DNA of 64,000 nucleotides from an uncultured Actinomycetota bacterium. Lineage in GTDB: Bacteria > Actinomycetota > Actinomycetes > Propionibacteriales > Nocardioidaceae. Location of the stretch: the NCBI GenBank assembly GCA_963814245.1, contig CAWFBY010000009.1, positions 13,636 to 77,635 on the forward strand, given 5' to 3'. The notes under the pieces were generated by a model that did no database searches, was not told where the DNA came from, and saw nothing but the letters and a program-made list of their open reading frames with translations. Below are positions 1 through 11,062 of the stretch, piece by piece. Every line of letters starts with the position of its first letter. Position 1 is the stretch's first letter. The translations under genes and the position numbers were made by a program.

Positions 1-198
1 CGACTCGTGGATCGCCTGGAAACCGCGGATCGAGGACCCGTCGAAGTTGAGGCCATCGTCAAAGACCGACTGGTCGAACGACGAGACGGGCACGGTGAAG
101 TGCTGCATCACACCCGGCAAGTCGCAGAAACGGACGTCGACCATCTCGACGCCCTCGTCCTTGATGTACTTCAGCAACTCGTCGCTATTTGCGAACAT
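1..198 (-). CDS. glnA: Glutamine synthetase type I, 5' part (runs off the window start)
   Basis: Not in the ORF track. The reverse strand from ATG at 198 reads [37 protein letters not shown]...[18 protein letters not shown], the GSI N-terminus, with RBS AAGGAGG upstream. Confidence 0.96.
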   Translation of the reverse strand, partial: MFANSDELLKYIKDEGVEMVDVRFCDLPGVMQHFTVPVSSFDQSVFDDGLNFDGSSIRGFQAIHES

Positions 199-314
199 TC
201 GTCCTCCTTGGTTGCGGCGCTCGGCAGCGCAACCGATCAGTCTGTGCGAGGTGTGGCGGTGCGGGTCTGTACGACGCGACGCTGCGTCGGACGAACCGAC
301 CCTAGGCAGGGGCA

Positions 315-352
315 GTTTCTTGACCGTATCTGGTTTGTTTCGCGCATGTAAC
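315..352 (-). promoter_or_regulatory. Tandem GlnR boxes upstream of glnA
   Basis: Minus strand reads GTTAC-n6-GAAAC-n6-GATAC-n6-GAAAC, matching the actinobacterial GlnR consensus GTnAC-n6-GAAAC twice. Confidence 0.85.
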
Positions 353-410
353 ACCCGATGCTCAGCGCTGGACACCCGAGCCCCTGGCACGGCCGCTAGC
401 CTTCGCCCTT

Positions 411-800
411 GTGGAGACCAACGCGCAAGAAACCGCCTCGTGGGTACGCCGCGCGCTGGCGTTGTGTGTCGACTGGGCCGCGAGCACCCTGGTCGTGGTC
501 TCGTTGTTGGGACCGGAGCGCTATGCCGATGACCGGTTCTCGGGGATCTATGTGCTCGGCGCCTACGTCCTAGAGAACGCCGTCCTCACCGCCCTTGCGG
601 GCGGTTCCTTCGGGAAACTCGTGACCCGGCTCAGAGTGGTGCGAGTCGGGGAGACTCGACCGATCAACCTGATTCCGGCGCTCCTGCGCAGCGTGCTCAT
701 CGCCCTCGTCATCCCGCCGCTGGTCTTCCGCCCGGATGGCCGCGGTCTTCACGACATGGTCGCAGGATCCGTGACCATTCCGTTGCCCAAGCGCCGGTGA
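411..800 (+). CDS. RDD family membrane protein
   Basis: [12 protein letters not shown]...[14 protein letters not shown]...[14 protein letters not shown] motifs; divergent from glnA as is usual in actinobacteria. Confidence 0.85.
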   Translation: METNAQETASWVRRALALCVDWAASTLVVVSLLGPERYADDRFSGIYVLGAYVLENAVLTALAGGSFGKLVTRLRVVRVGETRPINLIPALLRSVLIALVIPPLVFRPDGRGLHDMVAGSVTIPLPKRR

Positions 801-863
801 GGGCGGCGTACACCCATTAGATTGGCTGGTGTCCTGCCACTCGCACACGGGGGAGAACCCACC

Positions 864-1730
864 ATGCGCCGTCCGCTCACCGTCCGTCGTCTCATAGCTG
901 CGGCCGCTGCGTCGACCCTGCTCCTCGGGTTGGCCGCCTGCGGTTCCGACGAACCCGCAGCCACCAACGAACCGGCCGCCAACTCGTCCTCCGACGCCAC
1001 CGAAGACCCCACCGATGAAGCCACCGAGGAGCCCTCGGAGAGCGCCGAAGGCGACGGGGGTACGCCGACCGCCGGCGAAGAGATCGACCCCAAGGACTTC
1101 ATCGAGCTGATGAGCAACTCGGCCGAAAACGCCACCACCGCGAAGATCTCGATGGTCACGTCGGCAAGCGGCGCGGAGATCACCGCCGAAGGTGTCCTGG
1201 ACTATGCGACCGAACCACCGTCGATGCAGATGGAAATGACCATGCCCGCCATGGGGAACGCACCCATCGACATGCGCCTGATCGACGGCACGATGTATAT
1301 GAACATGGGAGAGCTCACCCAGGGCAAGTTCTTCGCCTTCGATCTCACCGACCCCAACGGGCCCCTGGGTGACATGTCTTCGCTCACCGATTCGATGGAT
1401 CCGGTCGAAGCGCTCACGGATCTCGAAGACGGTCTCCAGTCGGTCGTCTACGTCGGCGACGAAGAGGTCGACGGCGAGCAGCTGGCCCACTACGAGGTCA
1501 CGGTGGACACCGCAAAGGTCGAGTCGATGGCCGAACAGGCCGCGACGCTGCCCAAGACGTTGACCTACGACCTTTGGTTCGACGACGAGGATCGAACCCG
1601 CCAGATGGTGATGGACATCCCGAAGTCCGACACCAGCGTGGAGATCAAGATGTACGACTGGGACGTCCCGGTCACCATCGAGAAGCCGTCGCCCAAGCAG
1701 ATCACCAGCCTGCCCGGCCCGGGCGCCTGA
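864..1730 (+). CDS. LppX/LprAFG-like lipoprotein
   Basis: Signal peptide with lipobox LLLGLAAC, acidic linker, then a beta-rich LolA-like domain (MRLIDGTMYMNM, YVGDEEVDGEQLAHYEVTVD, YDLWFDDEDRTRQM, YDWDVPVTIEKP). Confidence 0.75.
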   Translation: MRRPLTVRRLIAAAAASTLLLGLAACGSDEPAATNEPAANSSSDATEDPTDEATEEPSESAEGDGGTPTAGEEIDPKDFIELMSNSAENATTAKISMVTSASGAEITAEGVLDYATEPPSMQMEMTMPAMGNAPIDMRLIDGTMYMNMGELTQGKFFAFDLTDPNGPLGDMSSLTDSMDPVEALTDLEDGLQSVVYVGDEEVDGEQLAHYEVTVDTAKVESMAEQAATLPKTLTYDLWFDDEDRTRQMVMDIPKSDTSVEIKMYDWDVPVTIEKPSPKQITSLPGPGA

Positions 1731-1743
1731 GCCCGCGGGAACG

Positions 1744-1764
1744 GCGGGGGTTTAGCGCCCCCGC
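1744..1764. terminator. Possible hairpin between convergent genes
   Basis: GCGGGGG-n7-CCCCCGC inverted repeat at the convergent ends of the lipoprotein and DUF4191 genes. Confidence 0.35.
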
Positions 1765-2462
1765 AGGTTCCCGCGCATGCCCTTCATGCTGGTGGGCACC
1801 GGCCCCTTGGGGAGCGGCACCGCTGAGCGGTTGGCGTCCAGCGCCTTGAGACGGTTGAGAACGTCGGTGATCTCCGCTGGCTTGACGTTCTTGGGCAGAT
1901 CCAACACGGCCCGCACCAGCTTGCCCAGCGGGACCTGACCTTCGCCGTTGCCGACCATGATCTCGTTGACCGGGACGTCACTGGCGACCCGCTCGTGCTT
2001 GCGTCGTTCGCTGTTGAGCAGACCGCGCAGCCGTGTGGGATTGCCCTCGCCCACCAGCACGATGCCGGGCGGGCCGACGACACGGTGGACCACATCGGAC
2101 TGCTTGTTGAACGCGATCATCTGGTCGGTGGTCCAGCCGCGCCGCAACATGGTGAGTGCGGCGGCGCCGGCCCCCGGCCGCCCCTCCATCTGCACGAACG
2201 CCGCGGCCTGTGCTCGCCGGCTGAAGACGATCAGCCCGGCGAGCATGCCCACCCCGATGGCGCCGATCACGATCAGCGCGATCTTGAAGATGTTGAGCTC
2301 GCGCGGCGGAATGATCCAGACCAACGCCGCACCCAGGGCCGCCCCGCCGAGGAAGGCCGCGAGAGACCACAAGGCGATGAACCGGTCGGATTTTTGCGCG
2401 ACCCGGTAAGCGTTGCGGTACTGCTTGATCCGTCCGGTCTTTTCGGGGGCGGGGGTGGACAT
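1752..2462 (-). CDS. DUF4191 domain membrane protein
   Basis: Two TM helices, GRPGAGAAAL, DVVHRVVGPPGIVLVGEG, LPKGPVP; typical position downstream of lipA. Confidence 0.88.
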   Translation of the reverse strand: MSTPAPEKTGRIKQYRNAYRVAQKSDRFIALWSLAAFLGGAALGAALVWIIPPRELNIFKIALIVIGAIGVGMLAGLIVFSRRAQAAAFVQMEGRPGAGAAALTMLRRGWTTDQMIAFNKQSDVVHRVVGPPGIVLVGEGNPTRLRGLLNSERRKHERVASDVPVNEIMVGNGEGQVPLGKLVRAVLDLPKNVKPAEITDVLNRLKALDANRSAVPLPKGPVPTSMKGMRGNLRGR

Positions 2463-2495
2463 CGCGGTTTCTGCCTAACGTTTGCGGTGAGTGGA

Positions 2496-3443
2496 TCAGT
2501 GCGAGGCCGCGCGGGCCTCCATGGCCTGACGGTACAACCGTCCGGCGCGGTAGGACGAACGCACGAGGGGTCCGGAGAGTACGCCGGCGAAGCCAATCTG
2601 CTCTGCCTCGTCGGAAAGTTCGACGAATTCCTCCGGTTTGACCCAACGCTCCACCGGGTGATGGCGCAGCGTGGGCCGCAGATATTGGGTGATCGTGATC
2701 AGTTCACAGCCCGCCTGATGCAGATCCAGCAGCGCCTGGCTGATCTCCTCCCGGGTCTCACCCATGCCGAGGATCAGGTTGGACTTGGTGACCAGGCCAA
2801 AGTCACGGGCCGCAGTCAGCACCTCGAGTGAGCGCTCATAGCGAAACGCCGGACGAATGCGCTTGAAGATCCGGGGCACCGTTTCGACGTTGTGGGCCAA
2901 CACCTCGGGTCGGGCTTCGAAGACCTCCGCGAGCAGGTGGGGGAGCCCGTTGAAGTCGGGGATCAGGTTCTCCACGCCGGTCTCGGGGTTGAGCTCGTGG
3001 ATGGCACGCACGGTTTCGGCGTACAACCAGGCGCCCCCGTCGGGCAGATCGTCGCGAGCGACACCGGTGATCGTGGCGTAGCGCAACCCCATGGTGCGCA
3101 CCGACTCGGCGACCCGGCGCGGCTCGTCGCGATCCAAAGGCTCGGGTTTGCCGGTGTCGATCTGGCAGAAGTCACAACGCCGCGTGCATTGATCGCCACC
3201 GATCAGGAAGGTGGCCTCGCGGTCTTCCCAGCATTCATAGATGTTGGGGCAACCGGCCGCCTGGCACACCGTGTGTAGGCCCTCCGACTTCACCAGGGAT
3301 TGCAGCGCGGTGTATTCGGGACCCATCTTGGCGCGGGTCTTGATCCACTCGGGCTTGCGCTCGATCGGCGTCTGAGCGTTGCGCGCCTCCAAGCGCAGCA
3401 ACTTGCGGCCCTCGGAGGCCACGGGGGAGGAGGGAGGGGTCAC
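2496..3443 (-). CDS. lipA: Lipoyl synthase
   Basis: CX4CX5C ([12 protein letters not shown]), radical [18 protein letters not shown]-terminal VRSSY. Confidence 0.97.
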   Translation of the reverse strand: MTPPSSPVASEGRKLLRLEARNAQTPIERKPEWIKTRAKMGPEYTALQSLVKSEGLHTVCQAAGCPNIYECWEDREATFLIGGDQCTRRCDFCQIDTGKPEPLDRDEPRRVAESVRTMGLRYATITGVARDDLPDGGAWLYAETVRAIHELNPETGVENLIPDFNGLPHLLAEVFEARPEVLAHNVETVPRIFKRIRPAFRYERSLEVLTAARDFGLVTKSNLILGMGETREEISQALLDLHQAGCELITITQYLRPTLRHHPVERWVKPEEFVELSDEAEQIGFAGVLSGPLVRSSYRAGRLYRQAMEARAASH

Positions 3444-3485
3444 CCCGAGAACTTTACGCTGAGCGAACTTTGCGCGGCGCGCCGG

Positions 3486-4488
3486 CTAAGGGAGGTCACG
3501 CTGCCTGAAGGACCACATCGACAAGCCCAGGGCGAGCGCCAGCATGAGTGGCGAAATAGCGCACGCCTCCCCACAGGGTGAACATCCGCCAGCCCCGACA
3601 TTGCGTGGGTAACGGACGCGACTCGAGGCCGCAACTGTCGGGTGGTGTGACGTAGTAGCGCAAGTCCGTCGAGCAGGACCGCCCCCACGTTGTTGTGGAG
3701 CGCGAATCGTTGGATGTTGTCGACCCCCAACATCTCGACGATGAAGGTGGCCGCCACGACCATGCCGAACATCAACCCCAGCGTGGCCACGGTGCTGCGG
3801 AAGAACATCGTCATGGCGTAGGCGCCGAGGGCGGCGAAGATGGCGAAGAGTACGCCGCGTTCCCCGAGGCCGAGAGCCCGGTCGAACACCTGTCTGGGGC
3901 GTCGAAATGTCGCGCGAGGCAGCTAACAGCACCAGTGCCCCCCAGAAGCCGCCGATGACCGCGAGCGCTGTCACCGCGGCGGCGATCATGACGGCGCCGG
4001 CCTTTGGCCCACCACACCCGGAGTCGACGCGGCTCGAAAAGCAGTTGATTGCTCATCGACCCGCTGTTCCAATCGGCGCCCGCGAACGTGGTGCCCACCA
4101 GCATCAACAACCCCGTCACGATGACCACCACGGGGACCAGCCCACCGGAAACGACGTCGTCGAGGTGAAGTTGGCTGCGCGTGAGATACCAATCGACTTG
4201 GGGCCCGATCGCGTCTAGACAGTCCTGCTCGGTGCTGCCCGTCGTCTGGTCCAGATAGCGCTCCGGATGGCGCTCGCAGCGCTGAAGCTCGCGTTGGAAA
4301 CGCGGCGTAGAGACTTCCTGGTCGACCAGTTCTTGGGCGTGTTGCATCTCAGAGTCGGACACGGGGCGGGTGCCCCAGGCGATGCCGACCCAGATCAAGG
4401 CGGGCAGCAGGATGCTGGTGCCCACGAGCACGAGGACGGCGCGGCGCCAGCGGAGTCGAGTCAGCTCGACCAGAAGCAACCGGATCAT
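3486..4488 (-). CDS. ABC transporter permease (frameshifted in this sequence)
   Basis: Pieces lie in three frames: [16 protein letters not shown]...GADWNSGSMSNQLLFEPRR (3811-4488), hydrophobic pieces in 3486-3989 and 3440-3889, and the end SMWSFRQRDLP. Translationally coupled to the ATPase. Confidence 0.7.
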
Positions 4489-5422
4489 TGCGCACCCCCG
4501 CCGTGGCCGAGTGTGTCCTGCTCAGTCAGCTGAAGGAAGAACGACTCGAGGTCTTGTCGGATCGGGGTGAGCTCGGAGAGCCAGATGTCGTGTTCGGCCA
4601 GGGTGCGGGTGATCTCTGTCGCGGGACGATCCGACGCGATCTGCAATCCGCCGCCCGAGGCCGGCGAAACCACGAACCCAGCTTCGGTGAGCACCCGGGT
4701 TGCCGCCTCGGCGTCGGCCACGGTGATCCGGAAGCCCTCACCGGCGCCCAGCAGGTCGTCGACCAGCCCTGAGGCCAGCAGTCGGCCGTTGCCGATGATG
4801 GTGGCCGAGGAGCACACCTGCTGCACCTCGGCGAGGATGTGTGAGCTCAAGAGCACGGTGACGCCGGTTTCGCCGAGATGCCTGATCGTCTCGCGAATCT
4901 CGCGGATGCCCGCGGGATCCAGGCCGTTGGTCGGCTCGTCGAGGATCAACAATTCGGGGGTTTTCAGCAGGGTGGCGGCGATCGCGAGCCGCTGTTTCAT
5001 GCCCAGGGAATAGGACTTGTAGCGATCTCGGTCCCGCCCCTGGAGACTCACCGTTTCGAGCGCGGCGTCAACTTGGCTGGGCGGTGCGCCGATGGTCTTG
5101 GCGAGGAGACTCAGGTTTTGTCGGCCCGAAAAGTTGGGGGAGAACTTCGGCGACTCGACCACGGCGCCGACTCGATGCATCACCTGCGGCAGATGCTGGG
5201 GCACCTCGACCCCGAAAAGCTTCATCGAGCCCGCTGTCGCCGAAGCCAGGCCGAGCAGCAGCCGGATGGTGGTGGTTTTTCCGGAGCCGTTGGGCCCGAA
5301 GAATCCATGCACACCGCCGGGCGGCACCGCCAGGTCAAGTCCTGCACCGCGATCCGACGTACGCCCTGGCGGTTGCGGAACACCTTGTGCAGGCCGGTGG
5401 CCTCGATCACCAAATCACTCAT
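4485..5422 (-). CDS. ABC transporter ATP-binding protein (one frameshift near 5330)
   Basis: N-terminus [15 protein letters not shown] (5222-5422) joins [18 protein letters not shown] and [12 protein letters not shown] in 4485-5327. Confidence 0.88.
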
Positions 5423-5525
5423 GTCGTGCCCCCAACTGATCCGCCCGGCTGACCCCCGTGGTCCCTGGCGTCGCCTTTGACTGTGACAGGTCGACCCCAG
5501 CGATCGGGCGCGGCACGCCGCGCCG

Positions 5526-6251
5526 TCAGGGAGTCAACAACGTGATCCGGGGACGGCCCGGCTCGGGGCGAGGCGCATAGTCGGGGGTGGGCGACGTAGG
5601 GCTCCCAGGCGAGGTAGGTCGTCAGGTGCCGGCGTACGGCGGGCAACACGTCGTCCACCCCCACATGCCGGCCGACCTCCCGGGTCAACGTCGTCACGCC
5701 CGCATCGTCGATGCCACAAGGGACGAACCGGTCGTACCACCCCAGGTCGACGTCGCAGTTGAGCGAGAACCCATGCATCGTGACACCGCGAGACACCCGG
5801 ATGCCGAGGGCGGCGATCTTGCGCTCGGGGCCACGATCGTCGGCGCGCAGCCACACACCGGAGCGCCCGGGCACGCGGGCGGTGGCAATCCCGAACTCCG
5901 CGCACACCGCGATCAGCGACTCCTCCACCCGGCGTACGTAGTCGACGACCTTCACGTGATCGGGCAGCCGGACGATGGGGTAGCCCACCAGCTGTCCGGG
6001 TCCGTGGAAGGTGATCTTGCCGCCCCGATCCACGTCGATCACCGCCGCGCCGCCAGGATCGAGCGGCCGCTCATGCGGTTCGGTCCGTTTGCCGGCTGTG
6101 TAGACCGGCGGGATGTTCGAGCAGCAGCACCGCGCCGTTGCGGGTGCCGGTCACGACCTCGGCGTGTACGTCGCGCTGCAGGTCCCAGGCGGCGCAGATA
6201 GTCGAGGGCGTCCGCGCCGACTCCGGCGAGGTGGAAGTCCGGTGCGCTCAC
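5526..6251 (-). CDS. lipB: Lipoyl(octanoyl) transferase (frameshifted)
   Basis: [49 protein letters not shown]. The N-terminus is in another frame (6039-6251) and the C-terminal frame is also shifted. Confidence 0.9.
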
Positions 6252-6275
6252 TCGGACGAGACTACTCCCGGCCCC

Positions 6276-6284
6276 TGTGGATAA
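6276..6284 (-). promoter_or_regulatory. Perfect DnaA-box sequence TTATCCACA
   Basis: TGTGGATAA on the + strand in the intergenic region upstream of lipB; single copy, function unproven. Confidence 0.3.
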
Positions 6285-6325
6285 CCGACGGCAGCCTTCG
6301 CCGGTTGCTCGCCACGCTGGTGGTG

Positions 6326-6897
6326 GTGTCGCCCAGCCAACTCCTGCACTCCAGCCGACCTCAGGCGCACACCCTGGTCGGGGGTGCTGGGGGTGGTGTT
6401 GCTCGGTCTCGTCGCGGCCGGCTCGGTGACGCTGCTGCCCTGGCCGGGCCGCGGCGCTGCGGACCCCGTGGTGCAGGAGCCGTGGTGGTCTCGACGAGAT
6501 CCTGCTGCTAGGTCGACCCGGAGGTCGCTGCGCTCACGTGCTTCGGTCCTGGGACGCACGCCGAGCGGCGGCCTGGGCGACCGGGAGACACCGCCGCTTT
6601 GAGGGTGCTCTACACACGTTCCGCGTCGGCGGGAGACCGGGATGTGGCCATGCTCCGGGCCTATCTTCGGCGAGGGCTCCGCGTGGAGGGGATGGAAACG
6701 CAGGTGGTGGCGGGTGCGGGTCGTCGACGACGAGCCAGACCGGCTGGTGCTCGACGTCGTCGACCGCCTGTCCGGTTCGGAGGCGGTAGGCCGCGAAGGG
6801 CGGGTCGGCTTGCCGCGCGCTGCCGCGATCCGAGCATCGGATCACCCTGGTGCACCGAGCAGGGGAGTGGCGGGTGGCCAGGGTGGTCGGGGCGTGA
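6326..6897 (+). CDS. Hypothetical exported protein, reconstructed across frameshifts
   Basis: Fragments in several frames join as hydrophobic VLGVVLLGLVAAGSVTLL ... VLRSWDARRAAAWATGDTAALRVLYTRSASAGDRDVAMLRAYLRRGLRVEGM ... VVDDEPDRLVLDVVDRL ... GEWRVARVVGA-stop. The start is tentative. Confidence 0.45.
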
Positions 6898-6908
6898 GTG
6901 GTCGGGGA

Positions 6909-7806
6909 TCAGGACGAAAGGGCCGCGGCGAGCACGTCGCGGACGTCCCGGTCGGCGAATTCGAAGCCAGCGCCCAGCAACACCGCGGGACGGGCGTTGA
7001 TCGAGCCGAGGAGTTCGGGCGCCAGCGCGCCAGCCGCGGGGCGAAGGATGGCCGAGGGGGCCGCGAGCCAGGCCCGGCGTCCCGACCGAGTCGGCCAGCG
7101 CGGCCGTGAACTCCGCGTTGGTCGGCGTCGCCGGACAGCACAGATTGACCGGGCCGGACACCGACGTCGGTCTCGGCGAGGAAGGCCACCGCGGCCGACC
7201 CAGTCGCGCAACGAGATCACCGGGAAGAACTGTTGGCCGTTGCCCAGCCGGGCGCCGAGGCCCGAGACGGAACGGCAGCAGGAGTTGCTTCAGGGGCGCG
7301 CTCTCGCGGTCGAGCACCGGCGCCGTACGCAGGATGCAGACGCGGGCTCCTGCGTCGCTCGCCGGTTTGGTGGCCGCCTGCCACTCCCGCGTCACCTTGG
7401 TCAACATCGCGTCGCCACGGCTGCCCTCGGACTCGGTCAACACCTCGGCGCCGCGGTCACCGTAGAAGGAGATGCCGTTGCCGGCCAGGTACGCCGGCGG
7501 CTCGGGGGCTTCGGCAATGGTGCGGGCGAGCAAGACCGTCGTGGTCACTCGGCTGCGCCGCAGCTCGTTGGCCCAACTCTTCGAGTGCGGGTTGCCGGCA
7601 GTGGGCGCACCCGCCAGGTTCACCACCACCTCGGCGGTGCCGATCAGGTCGGCGTCGACCTGATCGGCGTAGGGGTCCCACTGTGACTCGGCGGCCGCCG
7701 TGGGGGCGCGACGCACCAGCCTGTTGACCTCATGCCCGGCGCCCTCCAGGTGGGGCGCCAGGTGCGAGCCAAGGAACCCGCTGGCCCCGGCGATCACGAT
7801 CCGCAT
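6909..7806 (-). CDS. TIGR01777 family NAD-dependent epimerase-like oxidoreductase (frameshifted)
   Basis: MRIVIAGASGFLGS, VVVNLAGA, RVCILRTAPVL; the C-terminus SGPVNLCCP...NAEFT and LLGAGFEFADRDV lies in other frames. Confidence 0.88.
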
Positions 7807-7815
7807 GTCAGCGAC

Positions 7816-9559
7816 CTAGACGTCAAACTGGCCGGATTCGAGGCGGGCCTTCACATCGGACAGGAAGCGGGCCGCGTCGGCCCCATCAACGAGCCGGTGA
7901 TCGTAGGTGAGCGCGAGGTAGACCATCTGGCGTACGGCGATCGTCTCGCCGAGGTTGGCATCGTCGATCACCACCGGCCGCTTCACCACGGTGCCGGTGC
8001 CCAAGATCGCCACCTGGGGCATGTTCAGGATGGGCGTGTCGAACAGCGCTCCGCGGCTGCCGGTGTTGGTCAGCGTGAACGTGCCGCCGGATAGCTCGTC
8101 GGGGCCGATCTTGTTGGTGCGGGTGCGTTCGGCGACATCGGCGATCTTGCGGGCCAACCCCGAGATCGACAGGTCCCCGGCGTCCTTGATGACCGGGGTG
8201 AGCAGGCCCTTCTCGGTGTCGACGGCGATGGCGAGGTTCTCCCGGTCGAAGTAGGTCACCTCACCCTTCTCGGTGTCGATCGCGGCGTTGAGCGTGGGGT
8301 GCTGCTTCAGAGCGTCGACCGCGGCCTTGGCAAAGAAGGGCATGAAGGAGAGCTTGACCCCTTCGCGGGCGGCGAAGTCGGCCTTGGCCGCGTCGCGCAT
8401 CCGGGAGATGGTCGTGACATCGACCTCGACGACGCTGGTCAATTGGGCGCTGGTCTGCAGGGACTCGACCATCCGCGCCGCGATCACCTTGCGCAGTCGC
8501 GACAACGGCTCCGTCGTCCCGCGCAGGGGCGAGCTGGCGGGGGCGCTCGCTCCTGCGGCGGGCGCCGCCACAGGGGCTGGTTCGCGGGCGCCGCGGCTGC
8601 TGCTTGGGCGCGGGCGGCGGCATCGATGACGTCCTGCTTGCGGATCCGGCCGCCGACGCCGGTGCCGACGAGCGAGCTCAACGCCACCCCATGTTGGTCG
8701 GCAAGTTTGCGGACCAATGGAGTGACATAGCTGCGGGTGTCGTCGGCCGCTGCGGTGGCGTCTCCGGCGTGGGCGCGCTCGAGTGGACGTCGGCCTCGAC
8801 AACCGGCGCCGCGACAGGCAGGGGCGGCGTGGGGAACGGCGGTGCGGCAGAGGGTGCGGCCGGCGGCGCGGCAGCCGCGGGTGCGACCGCGCCGGCACCG
8901 CCGACGATGGCCAACTCGGCCCCGATCGCGACGGTTTCGTCCTCCGCGACCTTGATCTCGAGCAAGGTGCCCGCGACGGGCGAGGGGATCTCGGTATCGA
9001 CCTTGTCGGTGGAGACCTCCAACAAAGGCTCATCGACCGCGACCGCGTCGCCCACGTTCTTGAGCCAACGGGTGACGGTGCCTTCGGTCACCGACTCCCC
9101 GAGCGCGGGCAGAGTGACCGCGATCCCGGCGGAGGCGGGAGCCACCGACTCGACCGGCTCAGCCACGGGGGCCGGCTCGGCAACCGGGGCTTCCGCGGCG
9201 GGCTCCGGGGCAGCCTCGGGCTCGGGGGCCGACTCCGGCGCGGGTGCTTGGTCGGTGACGGGTTCAGGGGCAGCCTCAGGGGCGGGCTCGACCGGGGCCG
9301 ACGCCGCCGCTTCGGCGGAGTCGGCGCTGCCCACGACCGCGAGTACGGCGCCGATCGCGACCGTCTCGTCCTCGGCGGCCCGGATCTCCAGCAACGTCCC
9401 CGCCACGGGGGAGGGGATCTCGGTGTCGACCTTGTCGGTGGACACCTCGAGGAGGGGCTCGTCCACGGCAACCTGGTCGCCCACCTGCTTGAGCCAGCGG
9501 GTGACGGTGCCCTCGGTCACTGATTCGCCGAGGGCGGGGAGCGTGACTTCGCTAGTCAT
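7816..9559 (-). CDS. sucB: 2-oxoacid dehydrogenase E2, dihydrolipoamide acyltransferase (frameshifted)
   Basis: Two lipoyl domains ([14 protein letters not shown]), E3-binding domain (VTPLVRKLA...[13 protein letters not shown], frame 8484-8717), catalytic domain with TFTLTNTGS and DHRLVDGA. Confidence 0.95.
8900..9547 (-). repeat. Internal duplication encoding two lipoyl domains (about 8900-9118 and 9329-9547)
   Basis: Near-identical [20 protein letters not shown]...EDETVAIGA repeats separated by an Ala/Pro/Glu linker. Confidence 0.85.
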
Positions 9560-9583
9560 GAGCAGTTCCTTCAGGTCGTGGAT

Positions 9584-10954
9584 TCAAGAGTGAGCGTGGA
9601 GTGGTTTTCCGGCGAGCGCAAGGTGTGCCTCGCCGAGAGCTTCGTTTTGAGTGGGGTGAGCATGGATGAGCGGGGCAACGTCAGCGGCGGTGGCTTCCCA
9701 GCCATAGATCAACTGGGCCTCGCCAATGAGCTCGCCTACGCGGTCGCCCGCGAGGTGCAGACCGACCACCGGGCCGTTTTCGAGGGCCACCAATTTCACA
9801 AACCCCTGGGTTTTGAGGATCTGGCTCTTCCCGTTGCCGCCGAGGTCATAGGTGACCGTGCGCACCGCGGCGCCGTATTGCTCGCGGGCTTGTGCCTCGG
9901 TGAGGCCCACGGAGGCCAACTCGGGGTGAGAATAGACCACCCGGGGGATCCCGAGGTCATCGATGGGGGTGGGGGCGAGGCCGGCAATTTCCTCCGCCAC
10001 AAAGATGCCTTGCTGAAATCCGCGATGGGCCAACTGGAGCCCCGGGACCAGGTCGCCTACGGCATAGATGCCAGGGACGCTGGTTTCGAGTCGGTCGGTG
10101 GTCGTGACATAGCCGCGCTCCATCGCGACGCCCTGCTCGGCGTACCCCAAGCCCTCGCTGACGGGTCCGCGACCGACCGCAACCAGCAGCACCTCGGCCC
10201 TCACCTGATCGCCACCTGCGACCGTGACGACAACACCGCCGTCGGTGACGGTGGCGGACTCAAACGCAGTGCCGACCCGCAACTTGATCCCGCGTTTGCG
10301 GAACGCCCGCTCCAACGCCTTGGACGAGGCCTCGTCTTCGGCCGCAACCAGCCGGGGGAGGGCCTCAACGATGGTGACCTCGACACCGAACGAGCGCCAC
10401 ACGCTGGCGAACTCGCAACCGATCACGCCGCCGCCCAAAACGATGGCCGAGGTCGGCAAGACCTCTTGTCGTAGGGCGTGTTCGGAGGTGAGCACCCGCA
10501 CGCCGTCGATCGCGAGGGTGGGCAAGGATTTGGCGTAGGAACCGGAGGCGAGGACCACCTGGGTGGCGGTGTGTTCGACGCCATCGACGGTGATGGCCCG
10601 GGGCCCCGACAGCACTCCGGCGCCCTCGATCAGGGTGATGCCGCGAGACTCGATCAGCCCGGTCAGACCCTTGAACAGCCGGGAAACGACGCCGTCCTTG
10701 TAGACGTTGACCGCCGGCAGATCGATGCCGTCAAACGTGGCTCGCACCCCAAACTGGGCGGCCGATTGAGCGGAGTCTGCGATCTCGGCGGCATGGAGCA
10801 GCGCCTTGGTGGGCACGCAGCCAAGGTGGAGGCAGGTGCCGCCAACGCGATCCTTTTCGATCAGCCCGACGCGCAGGCCCAATTGAGCCGCGCGCAGGGC
10901 GCACGCATAACCCCCAGAGCCCGCGCCCAAGATGAGCACGTCGAAGTCGGCCAC
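9584..10954 (-). CDS. lpdA: Dihydrolipoyl dehydrogenase
   Basis: GAGSGGY, redox motif GGTCLHLGCVPTK, GGGVIG, HAHPTQNE. Confidence 0.96.
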   Translation of the reverse strand: MADFDVLILGAGSGGYACALRAAQLGLRVGLIEKDRVGGTCLHLGCVPTKALLHAAEIADSAQSAAQFGVRATFDGIDLPAVNVYKDGVVSRLFKGLTGLIESRGITLIEGAGVLSGPRAITVDGVEHTATQVVLASGSYAKSLPTLAIDGVRVLTSEHALRQEVLPTSAIVLGGGVIGCEFASVWRSFGVEVTIVEALPRLVAAEDEASSKALERAFRKRGIKLRVGTAFESATVTDGGVVVTVAGGDQVRAEVLLVAVGRGPVSEGLGYAEQGVAMERGYVTTTDRLETSVPGIYAVGDLVPGLQLAHRGFQQGIFVAEEIAGLAPTPIDDLGIPRVVYSHPELASVGLTEAQAREQYGAAVRTVTYDLGGNGKSQILKTQGFVKLVALENGPVVGLHLAGDRVGELIGEAQLIYGWEATAADVAPLIHAHPTQNEALGEAHLALAGKPLHAHS

Positions 10955-11062
10955 GCTGCTCCTCTCGGTTGGGCCCGTCTGATCGTCTTAGGCGGCTCCA
11001 TCTTTGCATCCTTTGTGGGGGGATCGACACCAGTCCGTGGTCTGACCGGGCACACTTGGAAC

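Noticed and set aside
3255-3275. LipA motif CQAAGC instead of the usual CQEAGC
   Set aside because: A single-base difference next to the error-rich zone; all cysteines are intact, so it cannot be interpreted without reads.
3486-9559. Programmed frameshifting or true pseudogenes in lipB, sucB and the ABC genes
   Set aside because: Multiple indels per gene, no slippery motif noticed, housekeeping functions affected and tight spatial clustering all favour sequencing error.
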